Shown here piece by piece: positions 38,323 to 48,552 of a stretch of 64,000 nucleotides of DNA (position 1 is the first letter of the stretch; each line of letters begins with the position of its first letter). The stretch comes from an uncultured bacterium (lineage in GTDB: Bacteria; Planctomycetota; UBA1135; GCA-002686595). A program made the translations under genes and the position numbers. A model generated the notes under the pieces. It searched no databases. It was not told the DNA's origin and saw only the letters and a list, made by a program, of their open reading frames with translations. The stretch is from assembly GCA_943787795.1 (NCBI GenBank), contig CALSNU010000006.1, positions 224,001-288,000 on the forward strand. Reading direction: 5' to 3'.

Positions 38323-39949
38323 CGCCCGCAAGCTCCTGGCGCAGGATGTCCGTCTCTTCACCGAGCGTGCCGCGCGCACGATCGAACGCCACCAGGCTCT
38401 TGGCGTACTCCGCGCGCGCCGCGCTACGGTTCGACGCCGCCTCGATCAGCGTCTGCTGGAATTGGAGAACCTCGAAGGTCGTCGTGAGGTCGGCCTCGAA
38501 GCGCTGCTGCTCGGCCTCCAGCTGTCGCTTGGCAAGCTCGAAGCTCTGCTCCGAGGCCCGCACCGCCTGAGCCCGATAGCGAACATCCCGGAGGGTTCGA
38601 CGGATCTCGGCCAGCGCGTTCACCTCGGCTTCTTCGAGGGTGATCTGGCTCCCGCGGACCCGCTCTCGGGCCGCCCGCTCCGCGTTGGACGCTGTGCGGT
38701 TCTGCAACGGCATGTTGTAGTCCAGCCGCGCGGCGTACCGCGGGAAGTCGAACTCCAAAGTCTCGCTGAGGGCATCCGTGAAATCAGCGTTGAAGGAGCC
38801 TGAGGAGGCGTCCAATCGCAGGTCAAGACCGTAGAGCCGCTCCGACTCTGCCCGGGTGAGCCGGATCCGAGCAGCGTCGACGTCCAGCCTGGAGGTCCGG
38901 AGGTCCGGGCGCTTGCCGAGGGCCACCTGAAACGCGTCCTGCCAGTCCGGCAAGGCCAGATCCTCAGGCGCAGCCACGGGCAATGGGGTCGTGGCCTGAA
39001 TCCGCTCGCCCCAGAGCGAGGATGCCTCGTCCCGCACGATCAGGCGCTTCAGGTCATCGCCCCTCTGGGCGAGGTTGTTCTGGGTCTGCAGCAAGGTCTC
39101 TGTCCGGGTTGCGACTTCGGTCTGAGCCTGAAGCACATCAACCTCCGTGCCATCGCCCGCCCTGAGCCGCGCTTCCTCCCGCTGAATCTGCTCCTCTCCG
39201 AGCTTCAGGGCAGCCTCCGCCACCTCGAGCTGCTGGCCCGCGGCCACGAGCTCCCAATAGGCCACCTCCACGTCGTGGATCAAGCTCTGCCGGGCCTGAC
39301 GGCGCTCCTCGACTCTCCGGCGCTCCGTGAGTTCGGCTTCCCTCTGGTTGGAGGTCGCGTACTCCTCCCCGGCACCGCGCATCAGGGGCTGGACGTACGA
39401 GACGGCCAGGTTGCTGCTGTACAGCTCCGGAGCGTTGGCGAACGAGTTGTCGGTGACGTTCAAGCCCGAATCGAAGTGGAATCCAAAGCTCCCGCCGGTC
39501 CCAAGGGGGCGGCTGAGGTCCAGGTTCAACCGGGAGTCCTGGCTGGACACCACGTCGCCGCCGAACAGCGACGAGCTACCCACCGAGTCGGAGTCCGCAA
39601 ACTGACCGTTCGCGTCAAAGACCCAGTCGAAGGCTCCCCACGTCGAGAGAGCTTCGAAGCGCGCCACCTCGGCCTCCACCTCGGCTCGCTCCAGGCCGAG
39701 GTTGTCCGTGAGTCCAAGGCCGAGGGCCTCCTCCAGGGAGATCGACCGCTCATAGTCGCCGTCGAGGTCGCCAACCGCCCGCTGGCTCGAGAGGCTCGGG
39801 GGCGCGGCTTCTTCAACCGACGCCTGCTCCGCGTTGGGGTCGTCGGGATCGGCGGGGTCGAGAGGGACCTGCGGCGCCGAGATCGCAGGCGCAGCTCCCA
39901 GCAAGATCGCGGCCACCTGGCCCAGTCGTCGTTGGCTCGTTCGCATCAT
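38303..39949 (-). CDS. TolC-family outer membrane protein
   Basis: ISLEEALGLGL, YVQPLMRG, VEVAYWEL, DVLQAQ, AEQQRFEA..TTFEVLQFQ. Confidence 0.9.
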   Translation of the reverse strand: MMRTSQRRLGQVAAILLGAAPAISAPQVPLDPADPDDPNAEQASVEEAAPPSLSSQRAVGDLDGDYERSISLEEALGLGLTDNLGLERAEVEAEVARFEALSTWGAFDWVFDANGQFADSDSVGSSSLFGGDVVSSQDSRLNLDLSRPLGTGGSFGFHFDSGLNVTDNSFANAPELYSSNLAVSYVQPLMRGAGEEYATSNQREAELTERRRVEERRQARQSLIHDVEVAYWELVAAGQQLEVAEAALKLGEEQIQREEARLRAGDGTEVDVLQAQTEVATRTETLLQTQNNLAQRGDDLKRLIVRDEASSLWGERIQATTPLPVAAPEDLALPDWQDAFQVALGKRPDLRTSRLDVDAARIRLTRAESERLYGLDLRLDASSGSFNADFTDALSETLEFDFPRYAARLDYNMPLQNRTASNAERAARERVRGSQITLEEAEVNALAEIRRTLRDVRYRAQAVRASEQSFELAKRQLEAEQQRFEADLTTTFEVLQFQQTLIEAASNRSAARAEYAKSLVAFDRARGTLGEETDILRQELAGDESQGR

Positions 39950-40018
39950 CTGCGCACACGATAAGCGCTGGGGGCCACGAGGCGTCAGGCCAGCGGGCAG
40001 TTCACACCAGGCAAACGC

Positions 40019-41227
40019 CTACAGTTCCTGAACGACCTGGTTCCAGCGTCGAACGAAGGCATCCCCGGGGGCGACCCCAAGGGCCTCCTCCGCGATCATT
40101 CGAAGCCAGTCGTCTGCCCTCAGCTGCGGCAGGCGCGCGTCCGGGGCTGGCGCCGCGAGCCCCAGCTCGAAGGCCCGCCGGAGGGTCCTTGAGGCCAAGA
40201 GGGCCAGGGGCCCTGGAGGCGCGCTGTCCACCGCCGCCTTTGCCACCACCAGCGTCTCTCCCACCTGCTCGAGCGCATCTTCAAGCCCGCTCCACGCTCC
40301 ACCCTGCTGAACCTCGTCCAGCAGCCACTCCGCACGGAGGATGGAGACAATGAGCGTTTCAATGCCCTCGAGGCCCTCGCTTCCCTGGTCGGTGGCCGCC
40401 GAGTCAAGCCCGGTGAACCTCAGCAACGCCGCGCCTGTTGGTGTCGAAGGCGCGGGCACATCTGCCTCCAACGCGGCCTTGACCTGTCCGAGTCGAGCCC
40501 GAGCGCCTTCGAAGTCTGCGTCGGCCTGCAGCCAGGCCTCGGCGTCATCCAGGTCCCACCAGTTGGAGCCGCCCACCACGACGAGAGGCTCCTCCTCCGC
40601 GGGGAACTCCTCATCCAGGGCCACCTCGGGTGCCGGATCGAGGGTGAAGCGCACGCCGCCCGGACCCGGCTCGGCGAGCAGGTGCCACGCCACGATGGGG
40701 ACGATGGTCACCTGGACCACCAGCGCCGCGACAGCGACCCGCAACAGCACCGAGTCGCGCAGGCGGTCCGCGCAGAACTCGAGCAGCACTCCCAGGTCAC
40801 CGCGGCGACGCAGATCCTCTCGCGTCGTCCTGGAGAGGACCCTCCGAACCACACGGCGAGCCTGTAGCTCTGAGCCCAGGGGCTGCCCCTGCCTCAGAGC
40901 ATCAGCGCACAGCGCCTTCAGCCCCTCCAACTCGGAGACCTCTTCGAGCTCTCGCGGGTCAACGAATCCGTCCAGGTCCGCGGCCCGCCCCGAACCGGAA
41001 CCACCGGCCTCGGAACCGCCGGCCTCGGAGCCCGACGCGCCTGCCATTGACGAGCCTGCCATTGACGAGCCTGTCATCGACGCGCCTGTCATCGACGCGC
41101 CCTTCCCTGACGCCGCAACGTCCGACCGCTCCCCCTCGAGGCCAGCTCCCCGCCCCTGGCCAAAGGCCCGGTCGATCGCGCGCTCCGTGGCCTCGGATTC
41201 TAGGCCCCTCTGATCTCCAGCGCTCAT
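40019..41227 (-). CDS. Single-TM protein, probable anti-sigma factor
   Basis: ATGA overlap with the ECF sigma gene; one central TM helix. Confidence 0.6.
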   Translation of the reverse strand: MSAGDQRGLESEATERAIDRAFGQGRGAGLEGERSDVAASGKGASMTGASMTGSSMAGSSMAGASGSEAGGSEAGGSGSGRAADLDGFVDPRELEEVSELEGLKALCADALRQGQPLGSELQARRVVRRVLSRTTREDLRRRGDLGVLLEFCADRLRDSVLLRVAVAALVVQVTIVPIVAWHLLAEPGPGGVRFTLDPAPEVALDEEFPAEEEPLVVVGGSNWWDLDDAEAWLQADADFEGARARLGQVKAALEADVPAPSTPTGAALLRFTGLDSAATDQGSEGLEGIETLIVSILRAEWLLDEVQQGGAWSGLEDALEQVGETLVVAKAAVDSAPPGPLALLASRTLRRAFELGLAAPAPDARLPQLRADDWLRMIAEEALGVAPGDAFVRRWNQVVQEL

Positions 41228-41871
41228 GCCTGCATCCCTCCGCTTGCGGAGCCACCGCGGGCGCGCAGGGCCTCCTCGACCCGCTCGCGCTCCTCGAGCG
41301 CCTCACGTACCCGGGCCACAGCGCTGTGCATTCTGGACTTCACCGTTCCAAGCGGGATCTCAAGCGCCTCGGCGATCGCCTGGTACGGGAGCTCCTCGAC
41401 CACAGCCAGGTCAAAGACCGCCCGGTGCCCCTCAGACAGCGACGCCACGGCGTCACGCACCACCTGGGCGCTCTCTCGCTGGAGCATCCCCTCGTCAGGC
41501 GCAGCGGGTCGACGATCCAGACGATGATCGGTGTGGACCTGGGCATCCGCGAGGTCTCCCGCAGGACCAGGCCCAGCGCCCCGCGTACGGCGCAGCCGAT
41601 CAATCCACACGTTCCTGGCCACGCGGAATGCGTAGCCAGAGAACTGCCCACGCACGTCATAGGACGTGGCGGCGGAGCTGGCGGCGGAGCGGAACAACTT
41701 GAGGAAGGTCTCCTGTGCGAGATCCTCGGCCTCGGCGCGCGAGGCGCCCAGGCGGACAAAGTAGGAAAGGAACGTGCGGGTTTCGGATCGAACGAAGTCC
41801 TCGAACGGGGCAGGCCTCCCGGCCCGAAGCGCCGCGAGGGGGTCCTGCGTGCCGTCCCAGGAGTCCTTCAC
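41224..41871 (-). CDS. ECF RNA polymerase sigma factor
   Basis: AEDLAQETFLK, FRVARNVWIDRLRR, YQAIAEALEIPLGTVKSRMH. Confidence 0.93.
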   Translation of the reverse strand: MKDSWDGTQDPLAALRAGRPAPFEDFVRSETRTFLSYFVRLGASRAEAEDLAQETFLKLFRSAASSAATSYDVRGQFSGYAFRVARNVWIDRLRRTRGAGPGPAGDLADAQVHTDHRLDRRPAAPDEGMLQRESAQVVRDAVASLSEGHRAVFDLAVVEELPYQAIAEALEIPLGTVKSRMHSAVARVREALEERERVEEALRARGGSASGGMQA

Positions 41872-42533
41872 GGCCCCTCAACGCCCGGGAGTGATCCCGG
41901 TTCACCACCTTCCTCGGAAACCCGCGCGGCCCCACCCCCAGCGGCCTCTTCGATGAGCTCGTCCGAGGGCCTGAGGGCTTCGATCAAGGCGTCAATCCTG
42001 GCCCCGAGCCCCCCATGGGGCCCCTCAGCCCCTCCTGACACGACGCCCTGCGCGCTCGATGGGGTCGCCTCGCCCGTTCGGCTCAGGGAGACCCAACGGG
42101 TCTGTGGCGTGTCGTGCCTCAGCTGGATGGCCAGCCTCGGGCTGGGGAGCCACCCCTCGATACGACCGGCCCACTCCACCACCGAGACCCCGTCGTCCCC
42201 GAGAAACTCGTCGGCCCCGTCCGCCAAGAGCGCCTTCTCGCGTCCCTCCATCCAGGCGTCGAAGTGGAACAGCGGAAGCCGCCCCCCGTCGTGCTGCTGC
42301 ATCAGGGTGTACGTCGGGCTCGCGACCCCGTCCTCGATTCCCAGCCCCCGGGCGAAGCCTCGAACAAAGGTCGTCTTACCCGCCCCCAGATCACCGTCGA
42401 GGGTCAGCACCAGGCCTCCCCAGGCCAGCTCCCCGAGCACCCGTCCAAGCTCCTCCGTCGCCTCGGCGGTGAGGCTCCTGAATCGTCGCGCCATGGCGCC
42501 ATCCTGACCTTCAGCCACGCGGAGCTCCACCAT
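41868..42533 (-). CDS. tsaE: tRNA threonylcarbamoyladenosine biosynthesis ATPase TsaE
   Basis: GDLGAGKTTF, SPTYTL, HFDAW, VVEWA. Confidence 0.92.
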   Translation of the reverse strand: MVELRVAEGQDGAMARRFRSLTAEATEELGRVLGELAWGGLVLTLDGDLGAGKTTFVRGFARGLGIEDGVASPTYTLMQQHDGGRLPLFHFDAWMEGREKALLADGADEFLGDDGVSVVEWAGRIEGWLPSPRLAIQLRHDTPQTRWVSLSRTGEATPSSAQGVVSGGAEGPHGGLGARIDALIEALRPSDELIEEAAGGGAARVSEEGGEPGSLPGVEGP

Positions 42534-43431
42534 GGATCCAACCTCCCTCCCCCGGACGCCACGGGGAGCGCCCTTCCGGGGAGCTGATCCAGAGCCCGCT
42601 CCCCTCGGTCACCACCCCGATCCGGCTCCACGGGGCGACCCCATCGGTCCCCAGCTTTTCCTCGGGAAGACAGGCCAGCAGCTCATGGTCCTCGCCGTCG
42701 TGGAACGCGTGAGCGAGCGCCGGGCGCCCGTCCACCGCGGCTGCGCGCTCGGCGTCCGGGTGAACGGGCACCGCCGACGCCTCCACCTCGATCGCGACCC
42801 CCGAGGCCCGAGCCATCCGGAAGAGATCCAGGGCGAGTCCGTCGCTGACGTCCATCATCGCCGTCGCGCCCGCGCGGACCAGGGCCCGGCCCTCGGGCAG
42901 CCGGGGCACTGGCCGCAGGTGCCGACCTGAGGCGAGGCTCCCTCCGAGCGGCCCCGTCACGACCACCGCCTGCCCGCGGAGCGCCCGGTCCCGACCCACG
43001 GGCAGGCCACCCCCCTCGAGGTATCCCAGGGCGCTCACCGTCAGGCCCGCCGGCCCGGGCGCCTGGGACAGGTCTCCTGCCACGAGCTCCGCGCCATGGG
43101 CTACGGCCGCGGCACGGGCACCGAGAATGACCTGCCGCAGGTCCTCCTCGGACCAGCTAGCCGGCGCCCGGACCGCGAGGGTGACCGCGCTCGGGACGGC
43201 CGCCGTCGCGGCGAGGTCAGAGAGGGTGCGGAGCACCGCCTTGGCACCTGCCGCTTGTCGGTCCACCTCAGGCGTGAAGTGGGTCCCCTCCACGCACTGA
43301 TCAGCGCAGATCACCGGCCTCCCCCCGAGCTCGGGCAAGACGGCCGCATCGTGTCCCCGGGAACCCGAGAGGCCCTGTGGCCAGGGCTGCTCCGCGAGCC
43401 AACGGTGCAGGTTGTCTTCGCTCCAGCTCAT
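42511..43431 (-). CDS. thiL: Thiamine-monophosphate kinase
   Basis: GHDAAV, VEGTHF, LSDLAA, AGDL, MMDVSDGL, GEDHELL. Confidence 0.92.
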   Translation of the reverse strand: MSWSEDNLHRWLAEQPWPQGLSGSRGHDAAVLPELGGRPVICADQCVEGTHFTPEVDRQAAGAKAVLRTLSDLAATAAVPSAVTLAVRAPASWSEEDLRQVILGARAAAVAHGAELVAGDLSQAPGPAGLTVSALGYLEGGGLPVGRDRALRGQAVVVTGPLGGSLASGRHLRPVPRLPEGRALVRAGATAMMDVSDGLALDLFRMARASGVAIEVEASAVPVHPDAERAAAVDGRPALAHAFHDGEDHELLACLPEEKLGTDGVAPWSRIGVVTEGSGLWISSPEGRSPWRPGEGGWIHGGAPRG

Positions 43432-43440
43432 GCGTGCACC

Positions 43441-43821
43441 TCAATACACCCAGGCAAGGAGCACACGGCCCGTGACCGCTCGCCGATCCACCCAACCCTC
43501 CTGGGCCGAGTCGAATCCCTCGCACGCAGCGCAGTCGGAGCTGCACCAGATCCGCGCGCCGTCATCGCGACTCGCGGAGACGACAACGAGGTGTAGGTTC
43601 CCATCGGCGCCTCGAACCAGCACCGAATCCCCCGGCGCCACCTGCGCTGGTCGCAGATCCACCACCAGCCGATCTCCAGCCTCGAATCGCGCCACCGGGC
43701 AGCAGCGATCGGTCGGCACCGTGACCACCTCAAATCGGTAGCCAAGGTAGCCCACCCCAGCCAACGCGAGGACCATCGTCCAGCGGCGGAAGCGCCTCAG
43801 CCATCGACGCTGCGGGCTCAC
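43441..43821 (-). CDS. Small membrane protein with degenerate S26 peptidase-like fold
   Basis: TM helix, then VP..P..GDRLVV..PGD.V..DS..GWV..VTGRV; coupled to thiE by a GTGA overlap. Confidence 0.6.
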   Translation of the reverse strand: MSPQRRWLRRFRRWTMVLALAGVGYLGYRFEVVTVPTDRCCPVARFEAGDRLVVDLRPAQVAPGDSVLVRGADGNLHLVVVSASRDDGARIWCSSDCAACEGFDSAQEGWVDRRAVTGRVLLAWVY

Positions 43822-44570
43822 CGCTTCGCCTCATCGCTGGGCATGAACGTCGCCGCTGCAGCGGCCACCAGGTCATCCACCCTCTGGGGCAGGCCAGGGC
43901 TAGCCGCCCTCTCCTCCTCGGCGCGCACAGCGTCCGGCCCTGCCGCGTTGACCCCGGCCAGCTGACCCCAGACCGCGCCGATGGCAGCCGCGCCCGCGGC
44001 GCCTGTCCCGCGAAGGCGCGGGAGGGACGCCGGGTTCACGCCGCCGAGCGCCCACACCGGCAGCGGGCAGGCCGCGCAGAACTCCCGGAGCCCTTCCGGT
44101 CCGAGGATCCCAACCTCCACGTCCTTGGAGTGCGGCGCGAAGACCGGGGCGTGCATGGCGTAGTCCGCGCCCTCCCATCGATCTGGCCCGTCCCCCTGAT
44201 GGGTGGAGACTCCAAGGGTCACCTTGTCGCCGAGAACGCGGCGAGCCTCCGCCGCTGAGAGTGAGCCCCCCGCGAGGTGCACACCGTCTGCCGCCGTGGC
44301 GCCCGCGAGGTGAACGCGGTCGTGGATCCCCAGCCAGGCCCCCGGGGCCTCACGGTCCAGCAGCGCCCGCGCCTCAAGCGCCAACTCAAGGAACGGGCCG
44401 TCCTCAAGGAAAGGCTCGCGGAGCACCAAGCCGGACCCGCCGGCGCGGACGACCTCTCGGAGCCTGACCGGGAACGACGCGAGCTCATCCCCAGCGGCGC
44501 TCCCTGGCGCGCCCCGGGTGAGGGTGCCAGGCGAGAGGACCAGCATGCTCGGGGGCAACCTCCGATGCAT
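43818..44570 (-). CDS. thiE: Thiamine phosphate synthase (ThiE/TenI family)
   Basis: LRE, IHDRVHLA..ADGVHL, GVSTH, ADY..PVF..SK, PVWALGGV. Confidence 0.8.
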   Translation of the reverse strand: MHRRLPPSMLVLSPGTLTRGAPGSAAGDELASFPVRLREVVRAGGSGLVLREPFLEDGPFLELALEARALLDREAPGAWLGIHDRVHLAGATAADGVHLAGGSLSAAEARRVLGDKVTLGVSTHQGDGPDRWEGADYAMHAPVFAPHSKDVEVGILGPEGLREFCAACPLPVWALGGVNPASLPRLRGTGAAGAAAIGAVWGQLAGVNAAGPDAVRAEEERAASPGLPQRVDDLVAAAAATFMPSDEAKR

Positions 44571-46681
44571 CACTCCTCCAGCTCGATCAGGTACCCGAGG
44601 TCCCGGAACAGCGTCCGGTAACGGGCCAAGCTGGTCTTGCTCTTCAGCTGCACCGCGTTGCCATCGAGCTTGCCCTTGATGAACGGGCGCACCCCGGCGT
44701 CTCGCGCGAAGCGGCCCAGGATCCCCGAGTCTTGCGCCCTGATCACATGGTCCGCGCCGAGGAGCAGCAGCCCGGACTTCGACGCCCAATCACGGATCGA
44801 CTGGAGGACGTTTCGGGGCACCGGGGTACGCGCGTTGAAGGTCAGGATCTCCTTCATCTTGGTGAGCGTCATGCCCTCCACGAGCCCTCGATGGACGCTC
44901 TTCTCGTTGATCCTGAACTGCTTCAGCGCGCCGTCCTTCGTGCGCTCGGTGAACCGGTCCAGGTCGTGGGTCAAGACCGCGTCGTCCCCGTCAGAGAACA
45001 GGACGATCTCGAAGTCAGGCGTCACCACGAGGCGGCCGATCCCGAAGGTCTCCTCCTCGGGGGTGTCCACGCCGAGCACCCGCGCCCCGCTGCGGGTGAG
45101 CCGCATCGCCACCGGGTGCCCCTTGTCGTCGTAGCCGAGGTCAACGAGCCCCAGGAGGTACAGGCGCTTGCGAACCCACCCAACGAGGTTCCAGGCGAGC
45201 CGCTGGAGATCCTCCGTGGCCCCGGCGCCTGCAGCGCCCCTGGCGGCGATCATCTCATCCACCTCGAGCACAGCGAGCTGAGAGAGGTACGCGTTGCGAG
45301 CCAGGAACGGGAGGTACATCACGTCGTACCAGACCCCCACCTCCAGGCGCTTCATCAGCGTCGAGAGGATGCGGCGCATGGCCGGGTGGTGGATCGACTC
45401 ATGAGCCTCATCGAGCTCGAACGTGATGTACTCGAAGAGCCCGGCCAGCTTGGTGTCGAGGTCCTGGGACTCCCAGTCCCGGCCGGCGGCCGTGAGCTTG
45501 AAGGTCCGCTCGCCCGTCACCTCAATCAGCCCCACAGAGCGCGAGAACCTGAAGATGAACTGCAGCACCTCGCCGCGCTCCAGCTCTCGCCCCGGGTTCG
45601 GGATGAGCTCGGTGAGGATCCGCTTCTCGGTCGTCTTGAAGATCTCTCCCTTGACCGTGAAGCGCACCGCGTGATCGATGATGTAGGCGAGGAAGCGCGA
45701 GATGTTCGCCATCAGGTCCACGCCGAGCGCCGCCTCGTCGTGGGGCGCGTCCGGGTCGGAGGGCACGGCCACGCGCTTGAACCATGCCAGCGTGACCTCG
45801 TTGAACACGATCAACGTGTCATCCTCGTGCTGGATCCCATAGCGCTCCAGCTCCAACCTTGCGGTGGTGCCGACCAAGGACTCCTCCAGAATCTTCGCCC
45901 AGCGGCGCTGGTTCCAGTGGGGCAGGTCCGTCTCCATGCGCTCGAAGAAGCGCCTGGGGAGCATGCCGCCAAACTCGAGGACTGTCTTCCCGACGAGGTC
46001 CCGGAGCCCCTCCGGCAGACGCTCCACCCGGGCGACCGAGGCCGGCTCCTTGGCGTACATCTTGAACATCTCACGGAGCCGCGAGGGCGACATGGGACGC
46101 TCCACCTCGGGCCCCGCATACCGCTCGTCAAGGTGCCCCTTGAGCGTGATGGTGACCGCGTTGGCCCTGGCCTTCTCCGCGATCTCCTGGAGCAGGAGCG
46201 CGTCTGCAAGCTCTCCGGGGAGGGCGAAGTACTCCCCTTCTGGGTTCCCCTCGCGGAAGACCATCGCGGCGCGCTCGAGATCGCCGAGGACCTCCGCCTC
46301 CGAGGCCCCGCCGAGGATGGAGAGCACGGTCTTGCGCTCCATCCGGTGCCGTGGCGCCAAGAGCAAGGCCTCCACCACGGCCTGGTGGGTCTCTCCCATG
46401 GCCAGCTTGCGCTCGACGGCGCGCTCGGGCTCGCACATCCAGCCCTCGAGGGTGGTCCGCAGCTCCCCGACTCTTGCCGGCGATTCGCTGAACTCGCCGC
46501 CGGACCAGAACTCGAAGGGCTCCCGCAACTGGGCCTTCTTCAGCCGCTTGAGCGCCGCGCTGACGGAGAGATCTCCGCGCACGGAGCGGCGGGGGACCGT
46601 CCCACTGGAGGTCCTGTTCTGGCTGCGCACAGAACGCTTGGTCACACCAGAGGAGTCGGGTTCAGGGGATCGCGCCGTCAC
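44570..46681 (-). CDS. XPB-associated protein with C-terminal Helicase_C_3 (XPB N-terminal-like) domain
   Basis: LGLVDLG, LVVTPDFEIV, FRINEKSVHRGL..G..L..PVPRNVLQSIRDW; coupled to XPB. Confidence 0.8.
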   Translation of the reverse strand: MTARSPEPDSSGVTKRSVRSQNRTSSGTVPRRSVRGDLSVSAALKRLKKAQLREPFEFWSGGEFSESPARVGELRTTLEGWMCEPERAVERKLAMGETHQAVVEALLLAPRHRMERKTVLSILGGASEAEVLGDLERAAMVFREGNPEGEYFALPGELADALLLQEIAEKARANAVTITLKGHLDERYAGPEVERPMSPSRLREMFKMYAKEPASVARVERLPEGLRDLVGKTVLEFGGMLPRRFFERMETDLPHWNQRRWAKILEESLVGTTARLELERYGIQHEDDTLIVFNEVTLAWFKRVAVPSDPDAPHDEAALGVDLMANISRFLAYIIDHAVRFTVKGEIFKTTEKRILTELIPNPGRELERGEVLQFIFRFSRSVGLIEVTGERTFKLTAAGRDWESQDLDTKLAGLFEYITFELDEAHESIHHPAMRRILSTLMKRLEVGVWYDVMYLPFLARNAYLSQLAVLEVDEMIAARGAAGAGATEDLQRLAWNLVGWVRKRLYLLGLVDLGYDDKGHPVAMRLTRSGARVLGVDTPEEETFGIGRLVVTPDFEIVLFSDGDDAVLTHDLDRFTERTKDGALKQFRINEKSVHRGLVEGMTLTKMKEILTFNARTPVPRNVLQSIRDWASKSGLLLLGADHVIRAQDSGILGRFARDAGVRPFIKGKLDGNAVQLKSKTSLARYRTLFRDLGYLIELEE

Positions 46682-48552
46682 TCTACGTCGCCCTCGGGAA
46701 GGCTGGCTGGAGTCTGGGTGCCGGACTCCGCGGCGCCAGGAGCCGCATCGTCCGGATCCACGCCCTCAGCGTGGATGATTTCGTACGAGTACCCCTGCTC
46801 CGTCAGGAACAGCTGCCGCTTCTCGGAGAAGTCCTGATCCCGGGAGCCCAGGGTCACCACCGAGTAGAAGGTGGCGCCGCTCCCGTCCGATTTGGGTCGG
46901 AGGACTCGACCGAGGCGCTGAGCCTCTTCCTGCCGGGATCCAAAGGTCCCGGAGACCTGGATCGCCACCGAGGCGTCCGGGAGATCCACGGCGAAGTTGC
47001 CCACCTTCGAAAGCACGAGGAGCTGAAGCTCCCCGTCGCGGAAGGCGGTGTACAGGCGCTCGCGCTCGGCGTTGGGCGTGCGGCCGGTCAAGAGCGGCGC
47101 GTCGAGCTCCTGCGCGAGGGCACGGAGCTGGTCCAGGTACTGACCGATCACGAGCACCCGCTCGCCATCGTGCTGCTCGACCAGCGACCGGACCACCGGA
47201 AGCTTGGCAGGGTTCTCCGAGGCCCTGCGGAACTGTTGCCGGGGGGGCGCCGCCGCGTACGAGCGGCGGTCCGCGTCGGAGAACGCCACCCGAACCTCGA
47301 CGCAACGGGCCTCGGCGATGAACCCCTGCCCCTCGAGCACCTTCCAGGGCACGTCGTAACGCTTGGGTCCGATGAGGCAGAAGACCTCCTCCTCCTTGTT
47401 GTCCTCTCGGACCAGGGTCGCGGTCAGGCCCAATCGACGGCGGGCTTGGAGCTCGGCAGTGACGCGGAAGATCGGCGCAGGCAGCAGGTGGACCTCGTCG
47501 TAGACAACGAGCCCCCAGTTCTCTGACCGGAAGACCTCGAAGTGCTCGAACTCACCGGACTTCGATCTCCGCCAGGTCATCATCTGATACGTACTGATGG
47601 TGACCGGGCGTAGGTCCTTGGTCTCGCCGGTGTACTCCCCGACGTCTTCCGGCCGCAGTTCGGTCTTGTCCAGCAGCTCCTCCTTCCACTGACGAACGGC
47701 CACCGTGTTGGTGGTCAGGATCAGCGTCTTCGCTCCCACGAGGCTCATGACGGCCATTCCCGTGACCGTCTTTCCGGCGCCGCAGGGAAGGACCACCACC
47801 CCGCTCCCGCCCATCACCGTGCCCCCAGCGTGGAACGCCTCGGCGGCCCCGCGCTGATAATCACGGAGGCCAAAGGGCTTGCCCGAGAGCGTCACCTCCT
47901 TGAACTGAATCTCGAGGGGGTCCCCCTCCAGATAGCCCCCACGATCATCGACCGGGTAGCCGATGCGAATGAGCTTCTGCTTGAGGTCCCCGCGCTCGAT
48001 ACCCGACACGAACGCGCGCGGACCCTCGGGGCTCTCGACCACATTGCAAAGCGCTCGGAGGGCCTTGTGCGCCAGCACCTCTTCCAGGAGCCCCGCCTCG
48101 CCCCCGAGGAGCTCGAACTCGCCAGGGCCGTCTGTCGCACGCTCGATCCGCAGCAGGCCGTAGCGCCCGATCCAGCCGCGGATCTCGTCCACCACGCTCC
48201 CCGGCACGGGGACGCAGGCGTACCGAAAGAGCACCTCCTCGATCTCCGCGGCGCTGATCCCCACGGCCGCAGCGTTCCACACCGAAACGGGCGTCACGCG
48301 GTAGGTGTGGAGGTAGTCCGGGCTCTTCTCGAGTTCCGCGAACACGCTCAGCTCGTCTCGGGCAGCCGTGAAGAGCGGGTGCTCCTCGGTGACAGGGTTC
48401 CCGTCAGCGTCCCGCTCGGGGCGACCGTCGGCGTCGACCCGCGCCCGCACCGTGTGCAGCATCAGCGTCCGGTCGCCCTGGACGATGAGCGGATTGGTGG
48501 GCAGCGGCGCCTGGAGCGGCGCCCCGCCGTCTGCGAATCGAGCCTCCGTCAC
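46678..48552 (-). CDS. DNA repair helicase XPB (Ssl2/Rad25 family)
   Basis: PLIVQGDRT, FAELEKSP..HTYR, LRDYQ, LPCGAGKT, DEVH, GLTATLVRED (RED motif), QRLGRVLRPK. Confidence 0.95.
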   Translation of the reverse strand: MTEARFADGGAPLQAPLPTNPLIVQGDRTLMLHTVRARVDADGRPERDADGNPVTEEHPLFTAARDELSVFAELEKSPDYLHTYRVTPVSVWNAAAVGISAAEIEEVLFRYACVPVPGSVVDEIRGWIGRYGLLRIERATDGPGEFELLGGEAGLLEEVLAHKALRALCNVVESPEGPRAFVSGIERGDLKQKLIRIGYPVDDRGGYLEGDPLEIQFKEVTLSGKPFGLRDYQRGAAEAFHAGGTVMGGSGVVVLPCGAGKTVTGMAVMSLVGAKTLILTTNTVAVRQWKEELLDKTELRPEDVGEYTGETKDLRPVTISTYQMMTWRRSKSGEFEHFEVFRSENWGLVVYDEVHLLPAPIFRVTAELQARRRLGLTATLVREDNKEEEVFCLIGPKRYDVPWKVLEGQGFIAEARCVEVRVAFSDADRRSYAAAPPRQQFRRASENPAKLPVVRSLVEQHDGERVLVIGQYLDQLRALAQELDAPLLTGRTPNAERERLYTAFRDGELQLLVLSKVGNFAVDLPDASVAIQVSGTFGSRQEEAQRLGRVLRPKSDGSGATFYSVVTLGSRDQDFSEKRQLFLTEQGYSYEIIHAEGVDPDDAAPGAAESGTQTPASLPEGDVE

